A stretch of 63,724 nt of DNA, counting the filler, from Bigelowiella natans CCMP2755 (Eukaryota > Protista > Cercozoa), in assembly GCA_000320545.1 (NCBI GenBank). It is 9 parts of 9 records of this genome, joined end to end, with 100 filler letters (N's around TTAATTAATTAA, not from the genome) between each part and the next. Parts side by side here need not be neighbours in the genome. Positions count along the whole stretch, not along the records: positions 1 to 10,350 come from ADNK01000050.1; positions 10,451 to 13,982 come from ADNK01003649.1; 7 more parts are not named here. The stretch is one strand, 5' to 3'. The translations under genes were made by a program, and so were the position numbers. Position 1 is the first letter of the stretch; each line of letters starts with the position of its first letter. Shown here in pieces: positions 1-13,701 of the stretch. A model generated the notes under the pieces. It was given only the letters and a program-made list of their open reading frames with translations, did not search any database and was not told the origin of the DNA.

Positions 1-219
1 ACAGCCATATCTGCTCGGATCATCATCACAATACATCATCGATGGAGACGACAAAGAGGAGGAGGGAGAGGAATGATGACATTTGATGATGACTATCTTG
101 GGAGCTGAAAGCATGGAACGGAATCAAGAGCATGGACTTGTGCATCATACGCGCACGAATAACCATTCATGTTCGGCGCAGCAGCAGCAGCAGAGTCGAA
201 ATGAGTCCCATTGCAAGAT

Positions 220-262
<43 letters not shown>

Positions 263-695
263 CTTACCGCATCGGGATCCACGTTCTTCATCGGAGCATA
301 TGCGCTCCTCGCGCGTAAGTAAGCCTATTGGTGGTAGCGATGATAAGGTAATACCGCAGAACCTGCTGCTGTTGTAGGTGTCCATGACACTGTGTGTGAT
401 GTTGTGTGAATGTCTATCCGTGTTCGTCCGTGTGTGTGTGTGTGTGTGTGTGTGTTGTGTGTGTGCAACGTGTACTTACATTTTGATCGATAGGAACATC
501 GTCAGGAGATTGCCATGGAGCCTTCGCCCCCCCCCCCTGTTTTGCACGTGGATGATGATGTTCACGGGCGTGGTCCGCATTCTTCTTGCTAGAGTGCTGC
601 AGCAACCATGGGCTTTCCTGCGTGTTGAAGTATCCGTCTGCTTCATACCTACCGACATAAATAAACACACACAATTCCATCATTCATCCAAACAC

Positions 696-742
<47 letters not shown>

Positions 743-1177
743 CTCTCTTTCTATAGATGTTACCAGTGATCCGTGCCAAAGTCGTTGATGAGGTTGCGTA
801 GGAAGGCATTTCCGATCTCGGAAAACAGCGGGTCTAAGGCGTCAATCCTGCCAAAACAACAAGGAAAGTTCATCATCATCGTCGTCGTCATCATCATCAT
901 CATCATCGTCATCGTCATAGCAAACAGTCCAGGTATTGCGAGGACGATGACACAGTATATCTCTGGATCAGCATATGCTTTAGAGGGGGTGGAGGAAGGG
1001 TGAGGCGACCACGCGGCTAGGCCATCCGAGCGTACACTGATGTTTGCACGAGGAAAGAGCTCCTTCATCACCTAATGTTTTTTATTATTTCCTTCGGTCA
1101 GTAGCTTAGCGAAAATGGCGCTGCTCGTTCATATCCACAACATATTCACACAATTCCATTAGACGCACTCTCTCTTC

Positions 1178-1217
<40 letters not shown>

Positions 1218-1284
1218 CTTTCTCTGTCTCGACCGGGGGCACGTTCCCTTGGAAAGCAGGTAGAACAGCGACGATACCTAGATG

Positions 1285-1331
<47 letters not shown>

Positions 1332-3431
1332 GCAAACTGTGCATTATCGAGCATACAACTGAGCCAGGTGTCTTCCAACGCTTTTTGGCGCCAATTGTTT
1401 TGTTTATGTGATTGTTTACGTGACAAACTATCATCCTAATATAGTCGCAAAACTGTGGTATTTCCTTCTGTCCCCCCCCCCCCTAACCTCAGACATTGCG
1501 TGCTGGCTGCAAGTTTTGCTCTTCCGATGAAAAGAAAGTAATTAACAGCGAAATGACAAATCGCAGTAGCAGTCTTATACAACAGCGGCACATTCCACTA
1601 ATTCTACGACATTGCTCCGGAGTAGGAATCAGCAGCAATATCGCCTTTCTTCTTAACTATTTCACAAGAAGATAATACTCTCTTCTCTCTGGGCTATTAT
1701 CGGTCCAATACCGATCTCGCGCATGCGCCCGAGGATGCGCTTCTGGAGGCGCCATTGATCCTGAAGCCATGAAATAGGGGGGGATTCTGCCACCTGCCCA
1801 TGGCAAAATAATGATAAGAATGGGAGATGGATGATGAGCGTTGTTTCATGCCCTGCATTTTCTTGTCGCAGCTTGGCCAATCATAAATTGCCTACATCAC
1901 CGTTATCATCACCGCCTTGATCGTGTGTAGGATTTGACGACGATGGATTAAACAAATTCTCATACCTATCATTCTTTCATACAATACACGTGTCACGTAA
2001 GTACGCCCTACCTACCCCGTGTATGCTTTGGCCGCGGCTCCATGCAAGATATGCTGGGCCGTTTACCCAAGGGAGAAAGGCGGTGTCGTTCACACCAAAC
2101 TTGGAGAATGTCTTTCGATACACCTCTTCTTGTCCTGTGTATGCTAAGCCCAAGTTGATACCTGTGCAATAGGCAAGGGAGGAGACGGAGGAAGAGGAGG
2201 AGGAGGAGGGGGAGGAGGAGGAGGAGAAGGATTATATTGAAGAGGAGATCTGTTCTATCTATACCAAAGAGCTATTGAGAACTAGAATCAGTGCTGCTCC
2301 TCTTACATTCTTCTCTATCATTTTCCATCTTCTTCATCACCATTGCATAACTTCCTAAGGGCACAGCCTACCCCCTCTCTCCCCTCCCTCCCCATATACC
2401 TCTGGGCTCCCCCCCCCCCCCCCCGTTCCCACACCCCAGCATAACAAACCACTGAGAGCGGCCCAGTCGAGTAACGCCTCCCACTCCCGGAACCCATAGA
2501 AAGCGAAGGTGTAGGAAAACGTGACGACGTTCATAAAATAGGAGATGTCCACCCTGCGGTAGCGTACCTCCAGGTCCTCGGGCACATGGGGCGGCCAATC
2601 TTTCAGCAGAGCAGAGAATAGATAACATCAAGCACCGTTCATTAGAGATATTATGTCCATTGCTCATCATGGTAGATTATCGGAGAGCAGGTGGTGGTAC
2701 AAGCTAGTTAGACACACCCCCGCTACGCTTTCCCCTTCCAATTCATCTTGGTGTGCCCTTCTCGTTACCGGCGAGGAGGGATGAGCCGATGATGTTTCCT
2801 CCTGTGCGATTCCAAGAGAAGGACAGGTGAGCACGTTGGCGCAGATAGTGAGCGCATCCATAAGCGAGATCAGGGCCCGAGGTCGCCCTGATACGAATGC
2901 GGTGATGCAGATTGGCCTCGGTTGCATCACCGCTCACTGGAGCTGTGCCGTTCAGGATTTCAAAACAAAGCTCACTTCTTCCCGACTCCTGTAATACACA
3001 ATGACAAGCAATATGTGGGCTCCGTACTGTGCCTTCCAACGTATAAAGTAGGGGAATGCGAGTGTAAATGTTCCTCGCTTCCATAGACTAACAAAGACGG
3101 AGTTATTCCGATCTTCGAATTTTGCAATTGATTTCAACAAACAGAGCTCGGGTGAATGATCCTCACGTGCTAAGGGATAACTAATATGTCTACAAGCAAA
3201 GTCGACCTGGTCGCGATGCTTCTCACCGCACCGATCCGTGAATTTCAAGTCGAATAGCAGCTTGGCATCACGCTTGAGTACCCGTGAAAGCACTCCATAC
3301 ACTGCCTCTACGGACCCTAGCCCCTTGAAAGAGAAATTCACCCCTTTCGCATTCATGGAAGAGGTTTGATCGATACTCATGAACAGTACGACCAGGAAGA
3401 GGGGGAGGCGGAAGCAGGTCGTCGCCGGCAT
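1..3431 (-). CDS. NAGLU: alpha-N-acetylglucosaminidase (GH89, NAGLU-like), multi-exon, 3' part runs off the window
   Basis: Minus-strand exons read, in NAGLU order: signal peptide MPATTCFRLPLFLVVLF; IRIRATSGPDLAYGCAHYLRQRAHLSFSW; YFMNVVTFSYTFAFYGFREWEALLDWAALSG; INLGLAYTGQEEVYRKTF...GPAY; PPISWLQDQWRLQKRILGRMREIG; LDPLFSEIGNAFLRNLINDFGTDH; YEADGYFN; AYAPMKNVDPDA|IWL. These match GH89 motifs recalled from known NAGLU proteins. Confidence 0.92.
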
Positions 3432-4852
<1,421 letters not shown>

Positions 4853-5221
4853 AGGCACAGAACGGATGACTATCATCTGTGAAGTTACTGAACAGCATTT
4901 GCATTGTTCATATAGATGTAATGCTGTGTGCTGACCGAACCTAATAAGCGTCACGTCGATCTATGAGGATCACCGTATCTGTCACAGCATCATAGTTCAT
5001 TCAGTTCATTCACATGTAGCTATACATCACATGTGCACACATCGCACAGACAGTCCTACAGCTAGTTGAGCATGCGAACGAACGAACGCCATGTGAGCGT
5101 ATAGCCCGTTGATTGGTCACGCGCATGTGTCATGCACATGCACACACGTCACAATCGGCTCATCTGCACACGTACGTACGCACCGCCATGATTGTTGCCG
5201 GAAACATGTCACAAATATGTG

Positions 5222-5259
<38 letters not shown>

Positions 5260-5454
5260 TTGCTAGATTGCTAGATTGTCTGTATGACATTCGATTCTGT
5301 GCGCAAAACACTGCTAGACTGGACCACGACACGATCGATCGCGCAGATCGATGACAGCACGTGCTAGCGTGTGAGGCATGCGCAATGAGGCAACATGCGT
5401 GCACGATGCAACACTGCAAGCTAGCAATGCACATCGATCCCCTGTGGTCGTCAG

Positions 5455-6448
5455 CTAGCACCGAAGCGGAAATGCATCGTGCATCAGACCAGCATGACAT
5501 CGAATTGATGACCAAATGAGAGTCGTGGTCAAGTTGGAGGGGGTGATCGAGTGGGAGAGGGGGAGGAAGTGGGAGAAGGCTGGAAGGCAGAAAGTGGGCG
5601 GAGAAGGAACAAAGGGTCGCCGCATGCCGAGAATGTGAGGCAGTTTTTCTGGGGTGTCCCACGGGGACACCACAGCAAGGTCATCGATGCGAGTTGCGTG
5701 CCAGCTAGCCAGCACGATTGCACGCCGAAAGGCCTGACAAACTTCCTTGTCTGTGGACGACACACTCAGATGCCTTTCTTGGCCCCCAAGGGAATGAGGA
5801 GATTTTCGTTGAAGACCCTTTGCCTCTCGGCTTCAGCTAGTTTGTGCGCGCAATGAGCTCGTGTCAAAGTTTGTGACTTTCGCGGGCGGTTGGGAAGCCG
5901 CGCCAGAAGTCGGTCTCAGCGCCTGCACAACGCTCTCCAGGCTGTCGAAGGGCTTCAGCTTGTCTGATTCGAAGTCCTGGAGGCGCTCATTCTTCTCGAG
6001 ATCAGACAGCTGGGACAGCTCCGACAAACGTGCGACGTGCTGGCGAACTCACTCGATGCCAGCTCTGCTGGTCTGCCTGACTCTGCTGCAGGCTGCGCGT
6101 GGCCGGACACGCCGCCCACACTAGCACACGAGCATTTCACTCAGAAGTCAGGCTCTCGCAGCCTCCTTCTGACTGATCTCTGCTTTGACCTTGGCGCGGC
6201 CCGGCACAGCACTGCTTCAGCCTCCTGAGCCTCCTCCTTCATTGCCTCATCTCTCAGACGTGCAACCTGCGACAACGTCTACCTGCGTTCCCGAAATCAA
6301 CGAGTCGTAGGACATTTCTCGAGATTTGGCTGCCGCAGACGAGGAGCAGCTTGCCTACCGCTGCTCTTACTTGAACCAACAGGATTTCAGCACAGTTACG
6401 ACAGTTTCGATTTGTACACATCCCATTTTTGGAGTGATTGCATTTCAT
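5455..6448 (-). pseudogene. decayed coding remnant, possibly a retrotransposon gag-like fragment
   Basis: Protein-like but stop-interrupted minus frame: RVRQTSRAGIE*VRQHVARLSELSQLSDLEKNERLQDFESDKLKPFDSLESVVQAL. It resembles the Ty3/Gypsy gag pattern (QxxSVxxYVxRFxEL...E/DKLxxFxxGLKP), contains no Tyr, and is essentially devoid of TpA. Confidence 0.35.
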
Positions 6449-7091
6449 CTTGATGTCGTTATGTAGAAAGTAAAAATTCTATAGGAAAACAATGCTTGAG
6501 ATTTGTGAAATTAACATCTGAGAGAGCAGTGACCACAAATGCAGATGACATGTTCAGGAAGAAAGAAGAATTACAGAACTCATGAAAAATTCCAATTCAT
6601 TCGGATTATGCCTTGTGACATCTTGACTCTGAGTCTTTCCTCATTTTTTTTGTGATCAATTTGGCATTATTTGCTAATACTGTATCTGAAATTCCAATCA
6701 GGATTGTCCCGGAATCCCGGTATTAATATATTTCTTACAGAATCAACATGAACTTAATTGCTATGACACAAAATTCCAGTCGAAAACTTCGATCGAAATT
6801 CCGTAAGCGCATCGTTGGTGAGATTACGGTTAATCGACGTTAATTTCTATCCTACGTCAACAATATGGACATGTCGCAGGAGCATAAGACTGCCGGAAGC
6901 TACTTCTTGCTGTAGCGATACAAACCGAGCTTCCCACCCTACCCAACGTTCGGTATACTCTACGAGCTGTAGAGGTCACAGACAAGACAAAAAGCTTGCT
7001 TTTGTCGGTCATCGCGAGGAAATAGCCTTCATCTTCCCTCTGTCCTGGAAAGAATAAATAAGTTGAACGACTGCGAACGATGTCCCTAAAT

Positions 7092-8108
7092 ATGCGTACC
7101 GTCCCTCTCGTCGTAGTTGCCTTCGTGGCATCTATGTGTGCGGTGCTATCCTTCCACGCACGATCTTCACGAGGTCGGTGTGATTTATGCTAGATTGGTG
7201 TACCTCCAAAGATAAGTAGAATTTGGTCAATAATTCAGTTGCATTTCTAAGTGCGCAGTGAAACACATCGTTCTCGTGAACATACTGACCGCAATTTCGT
7301 TCGATCTAAGAGATGGAATAAAACATAACACACATGGCTTAAACAAAGACCGTGGATATATAGCTTTGGATTTTCAACTCCATACATACATTTTCAGCAT
7401 TTATTGGCCGTAGTCCTTCTCGTGCTAGCCCGAAGGTAAAGAACCTGAAGCTGCATACTCATCATGGATTTTGAATGCATCTAACCTTTTGTGTGCATCC
7501 CCATAGATTGCGCTCAAGCAGTTCCGTGCGAACAGTGCCCTTACCAACACACGCCCACAGGTGTTCAGCAGATACAAACAGTGATTCAAAAGCGAGTTGT
7601 TTGACTGGTCGTTGTCTGTTTAGATGTGCGGAAAACACGCATCTCTTCTCCGCATGCGATCAACCATGAGCCCAGCCATTCCAGAGGCAAAGCCTGTTGA
7701 ATTGGCACCATGCCCGTACACTGTGTGGGGTGAGAAAGACATTGATATCGAAGCCGTACAGAAGGACTCCAACCCACTCCCAGCCTTTCCCCTCGAAATC
7801 TCTGCTTCGGATCTTGGTCGGCCATATCTTGCCTCATCATCGATAATGTTTCTGTTCTCCAATACCTGTGTTTTCCATACTTTATCTTGAGGTCTGACAA
7901 GGTGTAATTGGTATTGATAGGGTTCAATGACATCGGCGACGAGAGGAGGTATTTCGTGAACAACAAGGAGCAAATTTTAGGTCATATCACCACATAATCA
8001 ATGCAGTTGGGCGAATCATTATGAGAAACGCGAGATAGATTCGTGTATTAAAATAATCTCTTGACGGTTTTGGTGCGTGTGTTATTTATGTCGTCGTCGT
8101 CGTCGTCG

Positions 8109-8172
<64 letters not shown>

Positions 8173-8560
8173 GGTGCCGATGTGAATCATCACCGCAGAT
8201 TCTCTGACCAAGCATGGTGCTGTGGTGCTTCGGAACTTTGACCTCACAAAGACCCCTCAAGGATTTAGGGACATGTGGGAGAACGGTCTGCAGCTTAAGC
8301 CTTGCCAGGTGCGTTGTGTTGCTGGTGGAATTCCAACGAAAGGGAAGAACGAGTTGTTTTCGGACAATGATGGTGCTAATATTGATGCTGATGATGATTA
8401 TTGAAAGGATCCTCTTCAATCGGTGGCTGCACGTACTACTGTGAGCCAGAAAGACGGTAGTGATAAATAATAATAATAGTAGTGATGAGGATGATAATAT
8501 CGTTTCAAAGGAGTCGTGAGCGAGTGATCATGACATGCTGTTAGCTTGCGTGTCTGATGT

Positions 8561-8599
<39 letters not shown>

Positions 8600-8803
8600 C
8601 TCCTGTTCCTCAGGCGTCTTCGAAGCTGTAAACAAGCCTTCCCTCAACAAATACTTCGGTCTATAGTGATTGAATGACAATGATAATACCAAATGCATAC
8701 CATCATGCACTCTTTGGCAATGAATGACTTTTCACAACGCGATATACTAATATGACATGCGCGCGCGCGCGCGCATGTGTGTGTATGTGTGTCACAGACA
8801 GAC

Positions 8804-8845
<42 letters not shown>

Positions 8846-9639
8846 ATTGCCATACTCAAACGTGTTTTTGATTTGTCGTCACCGTCGCCACTATGGCCAT
8901 CATCATCATCATCAATAACAACAGCATCATCATCATCATCTTGATCTCTCTCTCAGTTGGCATGCACAATGAGATGGTGGGCACTCGGACCCCGAAGAAA
9001 GCCGCTTTTGTATGCTTTAAGCCTGCAGAGAAGGGGGGGTAAGCAAGAGATATGCACTACTTATTTTCGGAGAACACGTTTACTCACATCGAAAGCACCG
9101 ATAACGACGATGAGCACAAGCAGCACTGTCCCTTTCCTTCTTTCCCCTCTGCCAATGCTGTTTCGTTGTTATTCGGTCAAGTGCAAATGTTCATTGTCAT
9201 CGCCGTCAATCATCATCACCATCATCATCCTTGTCGTCATCCTCGTCTCTGTCACCGAATAAACAGGGAGTTTCTGGTGCTGAATGGGCAGCAGATGCTC
9301 AGGGATCTCAACCCCGATTTCCTCAAGGTAGGCGTTGATTCTTCGTGATACACTAAGAAAGTGCACGTGTAAGAGTGATCGTGGGGTGGGGACCAACCAC
9401 CAGTTGAAATGAAATTAATGCAGCACATGCTACAAGACAGCATAGCAACTGTAGCAGCGATGCAGGCACACCCTTCATTGACCCAATTCTCTCCTGGCTA
9501 CCCCTCCTTCCCGAATTGTCTTCTTAGCGTTTATATGATAGCAACATGCGATATGCTGTGGCGCAATTTCCTATGGGGTTCCTCCAGGATAAGCCAGAGG
9601 TGCTCAGCGGCCTTGTTAAGGTAGTAAGTAGTCGTCGTC

Positions 9640-9675
<36 letters not shown>

Positions 9676-10010
9676 TTTCAAGTGGAACGAGGAGGATGGA
9701 TATTTGTTCATGATGAGTGTGGAGAAGGAGTGAAAGAGAGAGCAACACGGTGATGGTAGTTTTGGTGACGAAAAAAGGTTGGTTGTGCTGATGGTTGTTC
9801 CTTGCACAAAGGCCAAATGATCTCCCCTCTTCTTCCTCCCTACTTCCCTCTATTATTCTCTCTCCATCGCTCACTCACTCTTCTCTCTTGCTTTGTTCAT
9901 CAAAGCCTGTGATCAAGGGCGTTCTCGATCTTGCCATTGGACAGAAGGTGGACTTCTACACTGAGAGCGTCTGGGATACCTACACCAACAACGGCGACTT
10001 AGTTCTTCAG
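7092..10010 (+). CDS. plastid-targeted TauD/TfdA-family Fe(II)/2-oxoglutarate dioxygenase (clavaminate synthase-like/SyrP-like), at least 12 exons, 3' end lost in gap
   Basis: GT-AG exons splice to a signal peptide (MRTVPLVVVAFVASMCAVLSF) and transit-like region, then ...LTKHGAVVLRNFDL...VFEAVNKPSLNKYFVGMHNEMVGTRTPKKAAFVCFKPAEKGGEFLVLNGQQMLRDL.... HGAVVLRNF, the HxE iron ligands and FxCxxPAxxGGE are hallmarks of this family. Confidence 0.82.
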
Positions 10011-10046
10011 GTAGTATTTCTCTCTCTCTCTCTCTCTCTCTCTCAA

Positions 10047-10078
<32 letters not shown>

Positions 10079-10350
10079 GGGGGGGGGGGGGGGGTATTAC
10101 CCTGATTACTGGGAGCCCCCCGGGTTTTCAGTTTTGGGGGAAATGGGCCCCCCCGTGTCAAAGGTGCCCGCTTCCTTTTCCCCCCTGGGGTTGTTGCATG
10201 ATCCTGTAAAATTTACAGGGTCGGGGAGCGCCAAACCCTCCTGTCCTTAAGCATCCTGAAACTGGGGAGCCAGTCTGGTTCGCAAATATCCACTCCCACT
10301 CTGCTAAACTCAGGTGTGCTTTAAATCCCCTCCCCCCCCCCCCCCCCCCC

Positions 10351-10450
10351 NNNNNNNNNNNNNNNNNNNNNNNNNNNNNNNNNNNNNNNNNNNNTTAATT
10401 AATTAANNNNNNNNNNNNNNNNNNNNNNNNNNNNNNNNNNNNNNNNNNNN
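10351..10450. other. assembly gap linker (N44-TTAATTAATTAA-N44); same linker at 13983-14082, 20848-20947, 41785-41884, 44138-44237, 46804-46903, 55364-55463 and 59912-60011
   Basis: Identical 100-nt N-padded spacer giving stop codons in all six frames, occurring eight times. It is an artificial scaffolding sequence. Confidence 0.98.
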
Positions 10451-12748
10451 TGGTTTGGCTCTCAGCACCGGACAAGAATTCGTACTGTGCGCTCTGCGGT
10501 GACGCAGAAACGCTGTAGCGAACATGCACGTACTACGAATGTAAGCACAGCTGGATAACAACGATCCAGTACTCTCTCCACATCAGCATTAGCTTGGGGA
10601 GAGGGAAGGACGGCATGAAAATACTCAGTAGACACGTACATGGCGTCCGTGTCAGTCCCCCAGAACCGCCCCCCCCCCCAAAGCAGAAGCAGATCGGCCG
10701 AAGCCCATACTTGCGCCTGAGTTCGGGCTGACGCCAAAGGAATACGAAAAAGAAGAATGCAACAATCCATGCAGGAGCGCCATATGCGATGCCCAGTATT
10801 TGCGGCGGCTTGAGCAGCGCCGATGAAGGGTTCTCGTGGTAGATGGAAAGGAGCGAAAACCAGACGACGATAGGCACCAATCCCGTAAAGACCATCATGA
10901 TGAAGTACTGGGGCAAGTATCCTACGCACGTGACATCAGCTCAGCGCAACGGATTACGGGATTGAGAGGGAGGAGGCCACGGTGGAAAAGACGATGAAAC
11001 GGGAGGAGGAAAAAGATCATGGTGGTAAAATGGTGACGATTCATAAATGATGGCGGCGGTTTGTATCGCTGCGGAATTGATGGATTCCGTAGTACCACAA
11101 CCACCACCGCCCTGAAACAAGCACATTTCCGATGTAGTCCGAGCACGACTGCATGCATTCACTTGCAGTGGGATTCATTACAACGTTCTTGCGCTACTCC
11201 CTACAGTTTGAATGGTTCTCTCTCCTGATATCTCGAAATCACGAATATGGGTAGCAGCAGCAGCAGCAGAGTAGGTAGAGTAGAGAGCATCACCGGTTCC
11301 GATGAAGAAGCCTTGCAGACCTTTACATGCAAAACTAGGAATCCAGGCCGCACTCAGCAAGATCCAATACGTCCTGGCATTCTTATTTTCCGACCACCAC
11401 ATTTACACATGGTTGATGAGGAAACGATACGGAAAGACAAGAGAAAAGGGAGATGAGGAGAAATTAGGAGGAAGGAGGAAAAGGGGGGGGGCGGAACGAA
11501 AGCACACCAAGAGATAATTGTAATTTATTCAGGCCTAACTTTTATCGACGTTTTCTCGTGCCCCGCTCCCCCCCCCCTCTCCTCCTATCCGCAGGCGAAT
11601 CTACCTACCTCCAACAGCGCCGAGGTGGTCGGAATTAGATCGCAGCCGTTATCAATCAGAATTTGGTTGTGCGACTCGGAGGGGTTGAGCAAAGTACGGG
11701 CCGAGGATTCCGTGAAACAGAGAATCAGCATTAGAATGAATGCTGCCAGGCCACTCAGCACTCCCCCCATAACCGAGACGTTCAGGAGTAAGTTTAGCCG
11801 CGACAGATTCCCCGCCGAAACGGCGTAGCCTACCTCCACAGTCATAGTGTCTTCAAGAAATGCGAATATCTCCCCGATCTGATAGAGGAGCGCGACGAAG
11901 GAGAGCATGAATCAGAAAATATATGGGGGGGGAAGACCAGTGATACATCGTGAGGATGGTAGATAGCGACCTTCTCTCAAAAGGAGATCATGATTGAAAC
12001 TCGAAAAAACCGTGAATTTGATCCGTGACACGAAAAAAATGATATAAATGTAGGATCAAGTTTAATAGTGTTCGAAGTAAAGGAGGACTCCCACAACGAG
12101 GCTTAGATACATCGGTAGACCGCACCGGGGTGAGGAACGAGGACATTGCCAGCTGGGCCGATCTGTCTGTTGGCGTGAGATTCTGTTGAACCGACTTGGG
12201 CATGATCACGCCTTCCATAACCGTAGCAGTGATGCCAAAAATCATAAACGCAATGAATAGGTACAGTCGCCATCCCGTCAAGCCGCCGGTTAATAGCTTC
12301 CATCTGATTGATAGCAACAACGTGTGACGACAGTACGATTGATTACCCTGATCTGGCACATGGGGTTCAAACCTATCGGTAGAAGATTCGTTCCCTCCTG
12401 CCTTTGAATCCCCCACTTCTTTGTCTTGATTGCTGCGTTGCTTACGCCACTTCGCCAATAGTTTAAAAGACATAAAACAAACCATAAAGCACAGGAGCGG
12501 CACCCAAAACAACGTTGTCTGCGCTTCGACCCTTTCGGTGCTCTTGCAGCACTGGATGCTGTCCTTACAATAAGGCGTTGGGAACACACACACGCCATCG
12601 ACCAGAGTTCCATTGGATACTGAACATAGGTTTCAAAGATGTCATCCATCCAGAGTATGCAAGAGCAACAACAAAAGTCAATTAGCCGGCCAGTCGCAGA
12701 CACTCACAGACGCTCTCCAATGCAACATCTTGAAAACAAGCTTGACTC
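10451..12748 (-). CDS. multi-pass membrane protein, probable MATE/DinF-like transporter (partial)
   Basis: Spliced hydrophobic exons: LFWVPLLCFMVCF; LYLFIAFMIFGITATVMEG; SFLTP|IGEIFAFLEDTMTVEVGYAVSAG...VSVMGGVLSGLAAFILMLILCF; ARTYWILLSAAWIPSFACKGLQGFFIG; FIMMVFTGLVPIVVWF; ILGIAYGAPAWIVAFFFF. The helix order and the 'A..Y...' and 'L.GFF.G' patterns resemble MATE proteins. Start and end were not resolved. Confidence 0.55.
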
Positions 12749-13701
12749 TACAAGCCTGCGATTCCCTCTTAACCCCCTACCTTGCGATCCGTCCTTCAGA
12801 TAGTACTTATACGGGTAGTTCCTCCAGTCGGACTCGTCGAACGTGCAGGCGGACATGGAAAGAACTCACAACGTCCCTATTAAGCAGAAAGAATCTAGAT
12901 CCAAGCTTGACGTTTTCTCGTAGAAACGCATGGAGAGTGGGGACTTTCAAGCCAGGCTTACGTGAGATACAAAAAAACGCCATGGGATTCTTGCCCTGCG
13001 ACAACAGGGGTTTTCCAACGTTCTCCTAAGTTTTCAATGTTTTTGAGTTGATCGTCGTTGGGGAAAACTTCCATGACGCAAGCGATTTCTCACACTGCGA
13101 CACCACATGCATCATGTCTCAGATGTGAACCACGAGGATGATGTTCTTTCTCCTTCTTTTTGCACTCAAGGTGCACAATGCGGTCGTTCGTTGCACATGA
13201 GCGCCGTGTCCATCAGCAATGTCGTCGTGTGAGCTCTAGAAAAATGGAACGGGCTGTCACAAACAATGACGCGTACGCGAAACGATCCTATTGTGCAGCA
13301 AACGATCCCTTCATCATCACACGTGACATGCGTGAGTCTAGCGCATGGAGCTCGTTTGCCTTTTGCATGCTTCAATTGCTCTTTGCATGAATGCCGAGCA
13401 TCGCTTCCGTCCGTTTGTTAGCAGGTGAGAAATGAGAAAAAGGACTAGTGCGCGCGTGTTGCATTTGAGCATTTGACATTTAGCTCACATGCGTTGCCGC
13501 GACATGCATGTAGCACATTGCTAGATTGCATCAATTGTAGATTGCATGTCCATCATCGAGCATGGACTGTTGCATGGGCGCTACACGCCTACCTGCTGAC
13601 ATGGTCATTTGTAGCGCGTACCACTACGCGGGCACAAGTCACGTGCGACAACAAAGGGGTTGTCGCGGATATAGAATATAGATAACGTAGATATTAATAC
13701 A

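Noticed and set aside
10075-10350. G/C-homopolymer-rich stretch with a 151-aa ORF overlap
   Set aside because: Looks like low-quality read tail after poly-G next to a gap; no credible coding signal.
10395-10406. Recurrent TTAATTAATTAA motif (8 copies)
   Set aside because: Always embedded in Ns; it is an artificial six-frame-stop scaffold linker, not a biological repeat or CRISPR.
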